From positions 1 to 38,322 of the IMG/VR virus record IMGVR_UViG_3300010376_000077: DNA of 38,322 nucleotides; one strand, 5' to 3'. Positions 18,656 through 28,943 of the stretch are shown piece by piece (the stretch's first letter is position 1; every line of letters starts with the position of its first letter). The DNA comes from a virus (Duplodnaviria; Caudoviricetes). The position numbers and the translations under genes were made by a program. The notes below the pieces were generated by a model. It saw nothing but the letters and a program-made list of their open reading frames with translations. It did not search any database and was not told where the DNA came from.

Positions 18656-19888
18656 TTACTGAATGATGATCGCGACATCCGCCGCGGTCGCGAAGCTCGC
18701 CTCGGCAAAGTGGATGATCACATCATCGATGCCCATCGCGGCGCGGCTGGTGCCGAGGCGAATGTCTTCGACGACATAGGTCTCGGCCAGGCGGTGCAGG
18801 TCGAACTGCGATAGCCCCGTGACTTCGGTCGCGACATCTCCAGCTAAACTGGCTGGCGTCCACAACCACTCGCGGTAGACGGGCCAGCCATGGCGGATTT
18901 CGCTGATAAACTGCGCGACGGTCTGGCGGATCAGGTCACCTGTCGCCGACAAAAAGCCGAGCCGCGGCCGCACCACGATGTCGACAAACACCTCGATCTC
19001 GGTGGTAAAGAAAAAATTGATCGTGTTGGGCTGCGCTGCCTGATCGTTGACGTCGACCGAGGTCGTGCCGAACGTTCCACAACCTGGTGATTTTTTCAGC
19101 GCGATGGCGGCGGCGATCTGCTGCGCGTCACCGCCTTCGAGGACGCAGGCAATGCTATGCCCAGGAATGCCGTTGGCGTCGATAACATCCGTGTCATTCT
19201 CATAGATCTCGACCCTGCCCACACCAGGCAAGTTGGCCAGGGACCCGAGGATGCCGCCGATCGGGGTGATCGCGGGCAAGGCTGTCGAGCGGTGCTGGCG
19301 GCGGCGCAGCCGTGCATCGGTCTCGACGGGTATACCAGGCTGGGCGCTGGTCGGGTTGACGACGGTCTGCCAGCCTGGCACCTGCGTCGCAATCGTCGTC
19401 ACCGAACCTGGTGCAGCGAGGATCTGGCCTGGCTCGCGCGCTGTCGCGGTGATGGTGATCTCACCCTCGATGGGGATCGTCAGCGGTGTTGGCAGATCCC
19501 ACAGATTGCCAAAATCATCGCGCACCGCGCCGTTGGTGATCGTCGTCCCCGCCTGCCCGCCCACTATCACAGTGACGGTGCTCGGGGTCGGGGTAAGACG
19601 CTGCAACCCGTTGATCTTGACGACGCTGGAGAGCCCTATACCTGTCGCGAAACTCGGACTGTAGGCGAAGTAGGCGGCGGCGATGGCCTGCCCGAGATCG
19701 TAGAACGCAGCACATTGGATCGCCAGCCACGCACCATCCTGCGAATCGGGTTCGAGGTAGATGTCACCGCCGTAAATGTTGCGGTAAGACTGCTGCAATG
19801 ACGCTAGTAGGTCCTCAAATGGCACCGTGCTGATGCCATAATCATTGATCGTCGGCGCCAGCGTGGTTAGCGGAAACGGACCTGGCAT
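18656..19888 (-). CDS. baseplate J-like protein
   Basis: IYG.DIYLEPDSQDG, ETDARLRRR, YENDT..D.NGIP.HSI. Confidence 0.9.
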   Translation of the reverse strand: MPGPFPLTTLAPTINDYGISTVPFEDLLASLQQSYRNIYGGDIYLEPDSQDGAWLAIQCAAFYDLGQAIAAAYFAYSPSFATGIGLSSVVKINGLQRLTPTPSTVTVIVGGQAGTTITNGAVRDDFGNLWDLPTPLTIPIEGEITITATAREPGQILAAPGSVTTIATQVPGWQTVVNPTSAQPGIPVETDARLRRRQHRSTALPAITPIGGILGSLANLPGVGRVEIYENDTDVIDANGIPGHSIACVLEGGDAQQIAAAIALKKSPGCGTFGTTSVDVNDQAAQPNTINFFFTTEIEVFVDIVVRPRLGFLSATGDLIRQTVAQFISEIRHGWPVYREWLWTPASLAGDVATEVTGLSQFDLHRLAETYVVEDIRLGTSRAAMGIDDVIIHFAEASFATAADVAIIIQ

Positions 19889-19903
19889 CGGACGGCCTCG
19901 GGC

Positions 19904-20443
19904 TTAGCGCGGTGGCAGATAACGGGCCTGCAGAGGCAAGGGCTGGGTCGATGGCTGGACGTGCTGCTGAGCCTGCGGCGGCGCCTCGCTGAGCGAGGTC
20001 TGCAACGGGATGACTAATGCGCCCGAGGGCGACATTATCGCCCCCGCTGGGGCATGCGTGACGACGCCAAACTGAGTGTAAACGCGGCACGACACCGCAA
20101 ATACCCGGTTAGTCGGGTTCCAGCTCGACGCGTAATCCTCGATATAGGTCACAAACGGGGTCCCGAGGATGCGCCCGCGGATGGCGCTGTCGGGGATGCC
20201 TGTACGGTACGGGTGCCCCAGGATCTCCTGCATATACGGGGTTCCTTCCAAACGGTTGAGGAACCACTCGCCCGCCCACAGACGCAATCTCGTCAACACG
20301 CATTGCGCGACCGCCGCAGGGCTGTCGACGAGAAAATCGGTGTTGTGCGGGTAAATATTCGCGCTGCCGCGGCCAAACAGCATGTCGCCGCCGACGGCCT
20401 GCGGATCGCGCAGGTTGTCATCCAGTCTGCGAACCCGAAACAA
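19904..20443 (-). CDS. baseplate wedge subunit (gp25/W-like)
   Basis: AVAQCVLTRLRLWAGEWFLN..EGTPY; position before baseplate J. Confidence 0.8.
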   Translation of the reverse strand: MFRVRRLDDNLRDPQAVGGDMLFGRGSANIYPHNTDFLVDSPAAVAQCVLTRLRLWAGEWFLNRLEGTPYMQEILGHPYRTGIPDSAIRGRILGTPFVTYIEDYASSWNPTNRVFAVSCRVYTQFGVVTHAPAGAIMSPSGALVIPLQTSLSEAPPQAQQHVQPSTQPLPLQARYLPPR

Positions 20444-20453
20444 AGATTATTCC

Positions 20454-21338
20454 TTACTGCACTGCCACCCGCATCCGCTCGCCGCGCGCGGGGTCCCACA
20501 GATCGCTGCCACGCAATGAGCCATTGGCGGCCTCGACCAGGACGCTCACCCGACAATCGACCAGATGCCACTGCCGTGCAGCGTTCACCGTGTTGAAGCC
20601 AAAATCGGGACAGCGCCTGGTCATCTCGTCGGACCAGGTCGGGGGCAGAAATGACGGCCACTCGGTGCGAAAGGCCTGCCAGACCAACCTGCCCCAACCG
20701 TACGCCCAGAAGAACCGTTCCAGCGCTGATGCGCGATCCAATGAGCCGCTGTTAAAATGCTCCGAAATGATGCTGTCGACGGGCCCGATCTTGGGATAAT
20801 CGACAGTCGCTCGCCAGTACCTGGTGAACGCCTGGCTGTTGGCCGAGCAGCGATTGGGGTCGTCGAGCGCGATGTTGAGGCGGGCAACGAGCTGCTGGGT
20901 TTCCGCCGCCACATCGCTGCGATAGGCCACCCATCCCGTGCCGCCGCAATTGGCGCCGACAAAAAATTGCACCCTGTTTGGCGTGCCGCCGTCCTCGGTG
21001 CTGTCGATCCGCGTTGTCGGGCCGAAGACGAGCCGCTCACCACCATCTCGGGGAGGACTAAAGGGCCCAAAAGGATAGTAACCCCAAGTCGTAATCACAC
21101 TGCCGTCAGGCAGCAGAAAGTTTTCCGTCGATTGATGGTGGCCAAAATCAAACCGTCGGCAGGTGATCGGGTCCGACTGATGCAACGGGTTCTGCACACC
21201 ATCGCCAGCGCAGTTGCGGCCCTGCACCAGATAGTCCAGTGAGTTGACCGTCGCGTTGCCAGGTGGCGGCGGCGGTGGACTGCTGCCACCGCAGCCTGTC
21301 AACGCCAGCGCTGCGAGCAGCGCCAGCGAGCGGATCAT
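20454..21338 (-). CDS. predicted lipoprotein
   Basis: MIRSLALLAALALTG-C lipobox, Pro linker, ~270-aa mature domain. Confidence 0.7.
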   Translation of the reverse strand: MIRSLALLAALALTGCGGSSPPPPPPGNATVNSLDYLVQGRNCAGDGVQNPLHQSDPITCRRFDFGHHQSTENFLLPDGSVITTWGYYPFGPFSPPRDGGERLVFGPTTRIDSTEDGGTPNRVQFFVGANCGGTGWVAYRSDVAAETQQLVARLNIALDDPNRCSANSQAFTRYWRATVDYPKIGPVDSIISEHFNSGSLDRASALERFFWAYGWGRLVWQAFRTEWPSFLPPTWSDEMTRRCPDFGFNTVNAARQWHLVDCRVSVLVEAANGSLRGSDLWDPARGERMRVAVQ

Positions 21339-21616
21339 CGACCACTGGCCGCCGCAAGCGCGGCGGCGTTGTGCAACACCCACTCGCCCGTCTCGGCGTC
21401 GCGCGCGACAGGGACTGCGGCGCTGCAGATCGGGTCGACAAATCCCTCGATGATGGCAATCGCCGAGCCGAGCATGGGGTGTTGCCCGACCGCCTGGCGG
21501 ACAATGTTAAACACCTTGCACGCGGTCGCGACATCGATGCCCAGCCCTGGGGGCTGCGGCAATGCGGTGCAGCCGCTCAGCATGAGCAAGGTGACAAAGG
21601 CGGTACGACGCATCAT
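21335..21616 (-). CDS. predicted small lipoprotein
   Basis: MMRRTAFVTLLMLSG-C lipobox, two further Cys. Confidence 0.7.
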   Translation of the reverse strand: MMRRTAFVTLLMLSGCTALPQPPGLGIDVATACKVFNIVRQAVGQHPMLGSAIAIIEGFVDPICSAAVPVARDAETGEWVLHNAAALAAASGR

Positions 21617-21618
21617 CG

Positions 21619-22155
21619 TCAGACCCCTGACTCCATAAATGTCTGCAGCAGCCAGAAGAAATTGTTGAGCCGACCGATGCCGTCGCGATCGAGCACGATC
21701 TGCAGGCGGGCATCATAGACCCGCCCCGTCGCGGTATTCGGCAGCGTACCAGACAGGAACATTTCCGCTATGCTGTTGCCTGCCGTAGTATTGGCGTGCA
21801 GGTTCATCGCATCAGCCGTGCTCGCCGCCACCAATTGGATCGTCGGCGCCCCCTGCGACGTGGAAAACACGTCGTAGGCGGTGACGAGGGTTGCAAAGAA
21901 CGCGCCGAAGTCGTTGAGGATGGTTGCTGGGGTCGTCGGCGGCGTCGGAGGGGTCGTCACAGGCGGGGTTTGCCCCAACTGCCCCAATTGCTGCGCCAAC
22001 CAATTGCGGATTGCCGATTCCTGCGCTGTCAGCCAGTTCCTGATTGGCCCGACAATCCACGGCGGCGTTGCAGGCGGCGTCCCCGCGCGCTCGACCAGTG
22101 TCGCGCCGCCGCCTGCGCCTGCGATGTCGAGATCGATAGCAGCAGATACAGCCAC
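21619..22155 (-). CDS. hypothetical protein
   Basis: 178-aa ORF tightly packed in the operon, Pro/Thr-rich linker. Confidence 0.6.
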   Translation of the reverse strand: MAVSAAIDLDIAGAGGGATLVERAGTPPATPPWIVGPIRNWLTAQESAIRNWLAQQLGQLGQTPPVTTPPTPPTTPATILNDFGAFFATLVTAYDVFSTSQGAPTIQLVAASTADAMNLHANTTAGNSIAEMFLSGTLPNTATGRVYDARLQIVLDRDGIGRLNNFFWLLQTFMESGV

Positions 22156-22157
22156 TT

Positions 22158-22940
22158 CTATGATCCAGGGCGCGGTGGGCCGCTGGTAGCCATGCCAGCT
22201 TGGACATTCATGTGGCGGTGCGTGGTCATCGAGATATTGCCGCCGACAGCCTGCTTCTTCCCTGTGATCGTGCCCATCGCAGTGATGTTCTGATCGCTGT
22301 CGATATCGCGCGTCGCATGCAGACTGCCTTTGATCTCGACCCGCGTATCGCCGTGCGAGTCTTGGGCGTTCTTGCCGCCCTTCTGGTTGCCGTCCATGTT
22401 GATCCTGGGGCTGTGGATATTCACTTCCTTGGCAAAAATATTGACAGTGCCGTCCTGGTGCAGCTCGATGTAGAACTTCCCGTCATCGGTGCGGATTTGA
22501 TAGCTGTTGGTGCTCGGCGGCGGGTCGAGCTGACGGGGCTTGTTACGAACCCCTGGAATCACAATGGCGTCACTCAGCGAGTGGCGGCGGCGGTAGGGTT
22601 CCTCCTGAATTCCGCCTTTGTCCCACCAGCCGTCGATGCACCGGCTGGAAAAGATCGCCAGTCCCTCATCGTCCTTTTTGATCGGGTGCGTCGCCGTCAG
22701 CCCCCCGCCTGCTGGAAAATTGATCGGCACCGAGCCAAAATACGGGATCTCGATCGATTCAGTGCCTCCACCCTCCGCTTCATGCCAGCCCTTGATGGTG
22801 CTCTGCAATTTACAGATGTGCCCATCGCTGTCTTCGAGTACCTTGACTGGCAATGCCGTCCACACCGTGCCGAGGTGACGGTCGACGGCGAGGCGCATTG
22901 CTTCATCCTGGCTGTTCCAACGCTCGCGCGGATCTGCCAT
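22158..22940 (-). CDS. baseplate central spike (Gp138_N/gpV-like)
   Basis: WTALP, GGG.T.T.PI..DDEGL.IFSSRCIDGWW, RRHSLSDA; C-terminal HxH (THRH) metal-binding tip. Confidence 0.9.
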   Translation of the reverse strand: MADPRERWNSQDEAMRLAVDRHLGTVWTALPVKVLEDSDGHICKLQSTIKGWHEAEGGGTESIEIPYFGSVPINFPAGGGLTATHPIKKDDEGLAIFSSRCIDGWWDKGGIQEEPYRRRHSLSDAIVIPGVRNKPRQLDPPPSTNSYQIRTDDGKFYIELHQDGTVNIFAKEVNIHSPRINMDGNQKGGKNAQDSHGDTRVEIKGSLHATRDIDSDQNITAMGTITGKKQAVGGNISMTTHRHMNVQAGMATSGPPRPGS

Positions 22941-22948
22941 TGCAACGC

Positions 22949-24103
22949 CTATGTGATGCTGTTCCAGTCAAACATGCCAAGCGCCGCGAGCAACGGGTTG
23001 GAATTGCTCATATCAACAGCGGCGCACACCATGTATTGATACCAAGGGCCACCGCGCGAATCGCCCTCGTAGCTGATCATCATCGTTTTATAGATCCCCG
23101 AGCCAGCGGTTGGGGCGTAGTTTGTTATATTGAAGCTAGGCCACTGAACATTGCCGCCCGACACCAACTTTCTAGTCCCTGGCTCAAACGTATAATACTG
23201 ATTGATCTCGTCATTGTTCAGATGGATGAGCCGATTGAGCCTAATGCGCGGGTTGATCAGACACGTGACATTGATGCCGTCCGCCGTCATTTCGGGGAAA
23301 CCGACCATCCCCGTCATCGAGTTGAGCACAACGGTGTCACCTGGGTCGTAACTCGTCGGCAAGATCCAATTGTAGCGCTGATCGAGGACGTACCAGATCG
23401 CACCGTTGGCGCTGCCAAAATCGCGAAACTGATCGACGGTCTGGCCGAACCTGACCTCGTCGCGGACATTGGCGCCTGTCTTGATCGCGGCGGCCTCGAC
23501 ATTGCCAAGCGAGACCCCGTATTGCTCCATCGTCTTGCCCATCGCCAGGATCTGGTCTTTGGGGTCGGTGCCTGGCGGGAAGGTCTGTGCGATCTGCGCT
23601 CGGTTGATGCCGCGTTCGCCATCCCCCGCATAGATTTTAAGATAGCTGTCGGTAGCGGTGTCGTGACCTTTCTTGAACGCCTTGATGCTGCCCGTAAAGA
23701 TTGTTCCAGCAAACCCATACTGATACCCAGCCTGCAGGACGACGTAGGTGTTCTCCTTCATCAACCGTTCGGATTCGCTTTCACCGAGATTGTAGAGGGT
23801 GATCTCGGCGACATTTGGCGACTGCTCGGTGGCCAGGGTCACGGTAAAGTGGATGCGCAGCCCCGCGGCGTAGGTTTCGAGCCCAGGCTCCTGCCCTGTC
23901 GGAACCTGGCTGGAATAGCCGCCGCCCGTCACCACCCCAGTACTCTCGGCGACCACTTCACCGACCGCAGCACTGCCAAACATCGACGCGACATTGTTCT
24001 CGTCAAACAGGATGACACGCCACACCCGCAGCCACTGGTCAGTCAGCCCGAGCTTGTGACCGAGGGTGACATCGCCTGCAGCGCGGAAGGTATCATCTGG
24101 CAT
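22949..24103 (-). CDS. baseplate hub protein
   Basis: PN.AEITLYNL, LQAGY, IF.G.I, TGMVG.PE.T.DGI.V.CLINP, GDSRG.PWY. Confidence 0.85.
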   Translation of the reverse strand: MPDDTFRAAGDVTLGHKLGLTDQWLRVWRVILFDENNVASMFGSAAVGEVVAESTGVVTGGGYSSQVPTGQEPGLETYAAGLRIHFTVTLATEQSPNVAEITLYNLGESESERLMKENTYVVLQAGYQYGFAGTIFTGSIKAFKKGHDTATDSYLKIYAGDGERGINRAQIAQTFPPGTDPKDQILAMGKTMEQYGVSLGNVEAAAIKTGANVRDEVRFGQTVDQFRDFGSANGAIWYVLDQRYNWILPTSYDPGDTVVLNSMTGMVGFPEMTADGINVTCLINPRIRLNRLIHLNNDEINQYYTFEPGTRKLVSGGNVQWPSFNITNYAPTAGSGIYKTMMISYEGDSRGGPWYQYMVCAAVDMSNSNPLLAALGMFDWNSIT

Positions 24104-24109
24104 GACGCC

Positions 24110-24427
24110 TCACGCAGGCGGAATAAAAAATACGTGCCCGGTAATCCCGAGATGGGTAAAATCGGGGATCGCATCGGGGTCGTGGTCGCTGCGCACAAAC
24201 AATGTGCCGTCGATGACATAGCCAAACTGGCCGAGCAGGTTGAGCCCTGGCACCAGTGGGATGCCATTGATCAGCGGGTTACCGCGGCTGTCGGCGATGT
24301 TGACCACCCAGCACTCCATTGGCACCAGCCAATAAGTCTGCCAATTGTACTGGATGCCGCCGAGCGGGATGGTAAAGGTCACAGGACGCGCAGGAACGGG
24401 AACGCGGAATACCCTGACCTGCGGCAT
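24110..24427 (-). CDS. small baseplate protein (DUF6983-like)
   Basis: W...IAD..G.PLI.GIPLV.G.NLL.QF.Y. Confidence 0.75.
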   Translation of the reverse strand: MPQVRVFRVPVPARPVTFTIPLGGIQYNWQTYWLVPMECWVVNIADSRGNPLINGIPLVPGLNLLGQFGYVIDGTLFVRSDHDPDAIPDFTHLGITGHVFFIPPA

Positions 24428-24430
24428 CGG

Positions 24431-25090
24431 CTACCCCGCCGTCGGGGTCATCGGCTGTGGCACATTGTACAACCGCCGCAGGTCGGCGATTTCGGCATCG
24501 GACAATTCGAGATTGGCGGGGATCGCCTGTGTCTGACCGCTGGGCACCGTCGCTGTGTGAATATCGGGCGATATTACAGTATTGCTATTGTACAAGTTCC
24601 CGACCACGACGATCGAAGTATTGACCAGGATCACCTCGCGAAACGAGATGTCCGCCATAAAACTAAATTCCATGCGCGCGTCAGTCATCGTGCGCAGTGA
24701 CGCAACGAGCATGTTCTGGTAAAGCCGCTTCCCCGTGGCGATGGCAAACGGGGTACGCGTCGCCTGCAGCGTGAGGATCTGCGAATAAACCGCCCGCAAC
24801 CCGTCGGTGCCGCTGGTCGCCGCGCTCGACCATCCCATTCTCACAGACAGCTCAGCAGGGCGCTTGAAGGCGTGATCGTGTATTACTGCGCCCTGACTGA
24901 CGGGATGCTCGGTAATGTTTAAGTCGTCTGAGCCTTCCTCTTGTACGACGATCTGGGCGTGAATTCTCGGCGTGCCGTCGGCGGGTTGGATATAGCGGTC
25001 AGGGGCGTTCCACCAGTCATTGACTGCCCAATTCGGCAAGGTCACCGTCGACAAGTCGAGAAACGGTGCGTAGGTGAGAATGTTTGGCAT
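24431..25090 (-). CDS. baseplate/tube-initiator (Dit-like) protein
   Basis: ITEHPVSQGAVIHDHAFKRPAEL, TGKRLYQNML; follows the tape measure gene. Confidence 0.8.
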   Translation of the reverse strand: MPNILTYAPFLDLSTVTLPNWAVNDWWNAPDRYIQPADGTPRIHAQIVVQEEGSDDLNITEHPVSQGAVIHDHAFKRPAELSVRMGWSSAATSGTDGLRAVYSQILTLQATRTPFAIATGKRLYQNMLVASLRTMTDARMEFSFMADISFREVILVNTSIVVVGNLYNSNTVISPDIHTATVPSGQTQAIPANLELSDAEIADLRRLYNVPQPMTPTAG

Positions 25091-28000
25091 TAGACGATAG
25101 CCGCGCGGAAGTTGCGCACCAGGTCGCCTGTCAAGCGCTCGTGAACGTCTCTAAACCGCTGCAACACCGCCTGCTGGTCGCCACCACCCGAGCCAAACTG
25201 ATGCGTGTTGTGCTGGTTTATTGTCACATTGCGGGAGCCGCCGATATTTGTCGTGCCCATCCCGCCGCCCAACATCATCCGCTCCATCATCCCCATCATA
25301 CCAGGCCCGCCGCCGCCACCGATGAGGCGCTGTAATCCTTGGCTCAAGGCTTGCGGCAGCACCATTTCACCAGCATGGGCGATCAGCGGCATCATCCCGC
25401 CCAGCGCGGGCAGATTAGGGATGATGCCGCCGCGCTGCGCCGTCATCACCTGCGCGCCCTGCATCTGCTGCGCGATCTGCGCCGCTTCCCGATGCTCCGC
25501 GCTGATCGCCTTCTCGCCGCCGAGCATTCCCCCGCGCGGGCCCGCGAGATCGTAATGCATCGTGTCTTCGACGCCGCCGCCGCCGATCTTGGTGCCAAAA
25601 TGCCCGCCCCACGCCATCTGGTCGGCAAGTTCGGGCTTGTTGGTCATCATATGCGCGAGGCCGTGTACATAGGCTTGACGATAGAGCCCCGAATTCTCGG
25701 CGCCGCGATTGGGCACCTTGTTGCCCTTCTCGTCGTAGATCTGCCAATCGAGCGCCTTGCCGCCAAAATGCTGTGAGCGCGGGTCGCCACTGCGCACCCC
25801 GCTCGTCACCCGCGCCGTGTAGCCCTCGGGCAAGGACGCTTCCATCCCCGCCCTGGTCGACTCGAAGAGATCGGGGTTGACCCCAGCAGGTGGTCGGTCG
25901 GTCAGCACCTTGCCGCCGCCCGTCGTCTGGAAAGGCAGCCGCCCGCCCTCGGCGACTTGCGGCGGCACCCGCTGAGCCCCTGGCGCTCTGGCGATTTCAC
26001 CTGGCTGCGCGCCAGCACCAGGGAAACCAGGCGTGATCGGCCCTGCGACGATCTGCTCGGGGGCAGGCGCGCGGAATGCCTGCTGTGCCATTGCCAGCCG
26101 CCGCTCGGGGTGGGCTGTCGCCGCTGCTGGGCGCTCGTACATGCTCTGAGTGACTGAGGTCGCTTCCTCGACACTCTTGGCCCCGCGCAACGCCTGCAGA
26201 TACTGGCGGTGCTCGGGCTGCTGCATCTCATGCACAAGGAACTGGTAGTTCGCCTCGGGGCTCTTGACGTCAAGATTGCGCTCGGCAGCAAACCGCTCAA
26301 AATCCTTGCGACGGGTGCCTGTCCACTGCGCCCAGCCGAGCCCACCGCCGCCGCCGACTTCCTCCATCTGGCGAAACCCGCCGCTCTCGACCCCCAAGTT
26401 ACCCACGATGCCCGCGGCCTGCTCTTTCGTCAGCCCGAGATCCTGCTGCAATTTGGCGGTGACCTGCGGCGCCATCTGCTCAAAGGTCTGCCCGCCGACA
26501 AACCGACTGATCGCCGCCTCGGCACCACCGACGGCGCGGCCGACCGCGGCCCCCACCCGACCTCCAAGGGTCGTAGGAGCCCCTGCGGCAGCCCCTGGCG
26601 CCCCTGGCGCTCCTGGGACGGCTCCTGGTGCCCCTGGCGCTCCAGGCACACCAGTGGGCTCCCCCGTCGGTTCTGGACGACCTCGGCGCGCCGCGCCGCG
26701 GATCAGCTCTCTGGCAAAGTCGTCGACATTGTCGATGATCACCTTGGGGGCGTGCGCGACACCGCGCACCCAATCCGACAGATTGCGGCCGACCGCTCCC
26801 TCGGGACCCGCCAGGGCCTCGTGCCCGCGCGCGATCTGCTGATAGGCGGGGTCGAGGGCGCGTCCCGCGGGGCTGGCGCGGAACTGCGCCTCGCTCTGCC
26901 GCCGCACCTCGTCGGGGCCGAGCCGCTCATAGCGCTCCATGCCGCGCTTGAGCACAGGGATCGCAGACTGCAAAAATGCGATCTGCCCGAGTATCGGCGA
27001 ATGCTGCAGCAGCTCGTTGAGCACAGGCCGCAGACCGCTGGTGATCATGTTGATCATGCGGCTCTGGTCCATGTGCGGGGCCTGCTGACCGCCACCGCCC
27101 TTGTAGAGCCGCTGCAACCCCTCCGAGATCGGTTTTGGAAGAACCATCTCACCAGGGTGCAGATTGGCCCGCACGATGCCGCCCTGCTGATAGCCGACCT
27201 TTGGCCCTGGCAGATTGACACCAGCGCGCTTGAGCGGGTCGCCTGACCAAAGTTCACTTAACCAACTGCGTCGCGGGGCCTCAGGCGCGGCTGGGGTTGC
27301 GGGATGGGCAGTTGCGACGGCTTGCGCTGCCGCCGCCGCCGCGACAGGCGCCGCTGCCGCTGCGGCTTGTGCCGCCGAGGTTTGTGTCGTGGTCGCCGCT
27401 GGCGTCGCTGCCGCAGGCGCGGGTTGCGCCGCGGTTGGCGCAGCGGCTGCCTTATCAGCCTCACGCACCTCGCGCTCGACACGCTGCTGCCCAGTTTCGA
27501 GACCAAGCGCCGCCCGCGGCGCGTTGATCGCGTCGACCAGCTTGCCGAGCCCTGGCACGGCGGCCCGCACCTGCTCTTCGCGTTGCTGCTTAAGATGGGC
27601 GCTGGTGCGCTCGGAGAACGGGTCGGTTTCGCCGAGCTGCTTGGCGAGCTTTCTGCGGTCCTCGACACCCTTCTCAACGACGCTGATCATTAACCCAGCG
27701 GCTGAGATCGCGCGCATGTTGAGCCCAAGATCCTTGGCGTTGTCGCTGAGGCTCTTGGTCTTTTTGGCGGCGTCTTCGAGGCCCTTGCTGAGGGTGCCGC
27801 AATCCTGCTTACAGGTCTCGTCGAGACCGCCTTTGACCCCGTCGAGGATCTTCTTGAACGCGCTGCCCTCTTTCCCAGCACCGCCAAAGACCCCGCCAAG
27901 CGCCTTAAATGCCCGCCACAGCGCCCAGGACGCCCCGCCTGCTATGCCAAGTCCTTCGATCACCGCGGCAAACGGGAACATATTGTTGATCTTGGCGACG

Positions 28001-28929
28001 ACCTTGACGACCTCGTCGAGTCCCTTAAGGACCGAGGTCAGCAGTGGCGCGATGTCACCAAACGCCTGCGACCATACCGTGTTAAAATGCTCGACGAGGT
28101 TGGTCCAAGCCTGCTGAGCTGCGGTGGCATCCTTGACGCGCTGTTGATGCTTCGCCTCGGTCTCGCCCATCGCCTCAGCGGCTTTGATGTTTTCTTTGAA
28201 CGAGGCGAAGTATTCCTTATTGTTGTCGATGGCCTTGCGGGTCTCGGCGTATTGTGTTCCCCACCACTTCTCGCCCCACATCTTCTTCGCGTGATCGGGG
28301 ACGCTGGGATCGGCGAGAAACGCACGCGAAGCGAGATATTGCTGAGTCGCCTTATCGAGTTTGTTCCACTCCTCCGTTGTCAGATGCGCTTCCTTGCGGG
28401 CGATCTCGAAGTATTTCCCTGCCTGTCCGAGGAACTGCTGCTCGGTGCCTGGCTGGGTCTGAAACAGCTCTTGCATGTGGGCAATCGCAGCAGCCGTCTG
28501 GCCCGCTGATACGCCGAGCCCCCTGGAAGCCTGCTCCAAGGCCTTCAGGCTCTGGATCGACGCCCCAGTGCGCTGCGCGATAAAGCCGATTTCCTGGTAC
28601 TGCTTGGCGACATCGCGCATCTGCGCGAGAAACCCAGCGACCGCCAAGGTCGAGACGCGGCCGAATTCGACGGCACCCTTGCGCACGCGCTCCCACGAAT
28701 CGGTGATCGCCTTGTTGTGCGCCTGCAACTGGGTGGCTGGCCCCGCCATCGAGCCAAACGCCTTACCGAGATCATTGAGCGCCTTTTGCAGATTGGCGAC
28801 TGCCACCTGCATCTGCTCGGTGGTCTGCATCGTACCCTGCAGCCCCTGCTGGGCACGGCGCTGCGACGCCTCGTCCGATTTGTAGACGAAGTTGACGACA
28901 AACTCTTTGATGGTCTCGGCGTCTGCCAT
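25090..28929 (-). CDS. tape measure protein with phage-tail-lysozyme and M15-type peptidase domains
   Basis: 1279 aa Ala/Gln-rich helical protein; QAAGIVGNLGVESG..AQWTGTR; SQHFGGKALD..WGG..DTMHYDL. Confidence 0.9.
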   Translation of the reverse strand: MADAETIKEFVVNFVYKSDEASQRRAQQGLQGTMQTTEQMQVAVANLQKALNDLGKAFGSMAGPATQLQAHNKAITDSWERVRKGAVEFGRVSTLAVAGFLAQMRDVAKQYQEIGFIAQRTGASIQSLKALEQASRGLGVSAGQTAAAIAHMQELFQTQPGTEQQFLGQAGKYFEIARKEAHLTTEEWNKLDKATQQYLASRAFLADPSVPDHAKKMWGEKWWGTQYAETRKAIDNNKEYFASFKENIKAAEAMGETEAKHQQRVKDATAAQQAWTNLVEHFNTVWSQAFGDIAPLLTSVLKGLDEVVKVVAKINNMFPFAAVIEGLGIAGGASWALWRAFKALGGVFGGAGKEGSAFKKILDGVKGGLDETCKQDCGTLSKGLEDAAKKTKSLSDNAKDLGLNMRAISAAGLMISVVEKGVEDRRKLAKQLGETDPFSERTSAHLKQQREEQVRAAVPGLGKLVDAINAPRAALGLETGQQRVEREVREADKAAAAPTAAQPAPAAATPAATTTQTSAAQAAAAAAPVAAAAAAQAVATAHPATPAAPEAPRRSWLSELWSGDPLKRAGVNLPGPKVGYQQGGIVRANLHPGEMVLPKPISEGLQRLYKGGGGQQAPHMDQSRMINMITSGLRPVLNELLQHSPILGQIAFLQSAIPVLKRGMERYERLGPDEVRRQSEAQFRASPAGRALDPAYQQIARGHEALAGPEGAVGRNLSDWVRGVAHAPKVIIDNVDDFARELIRGAARRGRPEPTGEPTGVPGAPGAPGAVPGAPGAPGAAAGAPTTLGGRVGAAVGRAVGGAEAAISRFVGGQTFEQMAPQVTAKLQQDLGLTKEQAAGIVGNLGVESGGFRQMEEVGGGGGLGWAQWTGTRRKDFERFAAERNLDVKSPEANYQFLVHEMQQPEHRQYLQALRGAKSVEEATSVTQSMYERPAAATAHPERRLAMAQQAFRAPAPEQIVAGPITPGFPGAGAQPGEIARAPGAQRVPPQVAEGGRLPFQTTGGGKVLTDRPPAGVNPDLFESTRAGMEASLPEGYTARVTSGVRSGDPRSQHFGGKALDWQIYDEKGNKVPNRGAENSGLYRQAYVHGLAHMMTNKPELADQMAWGGHFGTKIGGGGVEDTMHYDLAGPRGGMLGGEKAISAEHREAAQIAQQMQGAQVMTAQRGGIIPNLPALGGMMPLIAHAGEMVLPQALSQGLQRLIGGGGGPGMMGMMERMMLGGGMGTTNIGGSRNVTINQHNTHQFGSGGGDQQAVLQRFRDVHERLTGDLVRNFRAAIV

Positions 28930-28943
28930 TACCTGCTACCTAG

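Noticed and set aside
20454-21616. Rz/Rz1 spanin pair
   Set aside because: Both are lipoproteins with no inner-membrane coiled-coil partner or adjacent endolysin/holin
22853-24700. 615-aa + strand ORF and other long antisense ORFs (e.g. 26209-27246)
   Set aside because: Shadow frames of well-supported - strand structural genes in GC-rich DNA; no recognisable motifs
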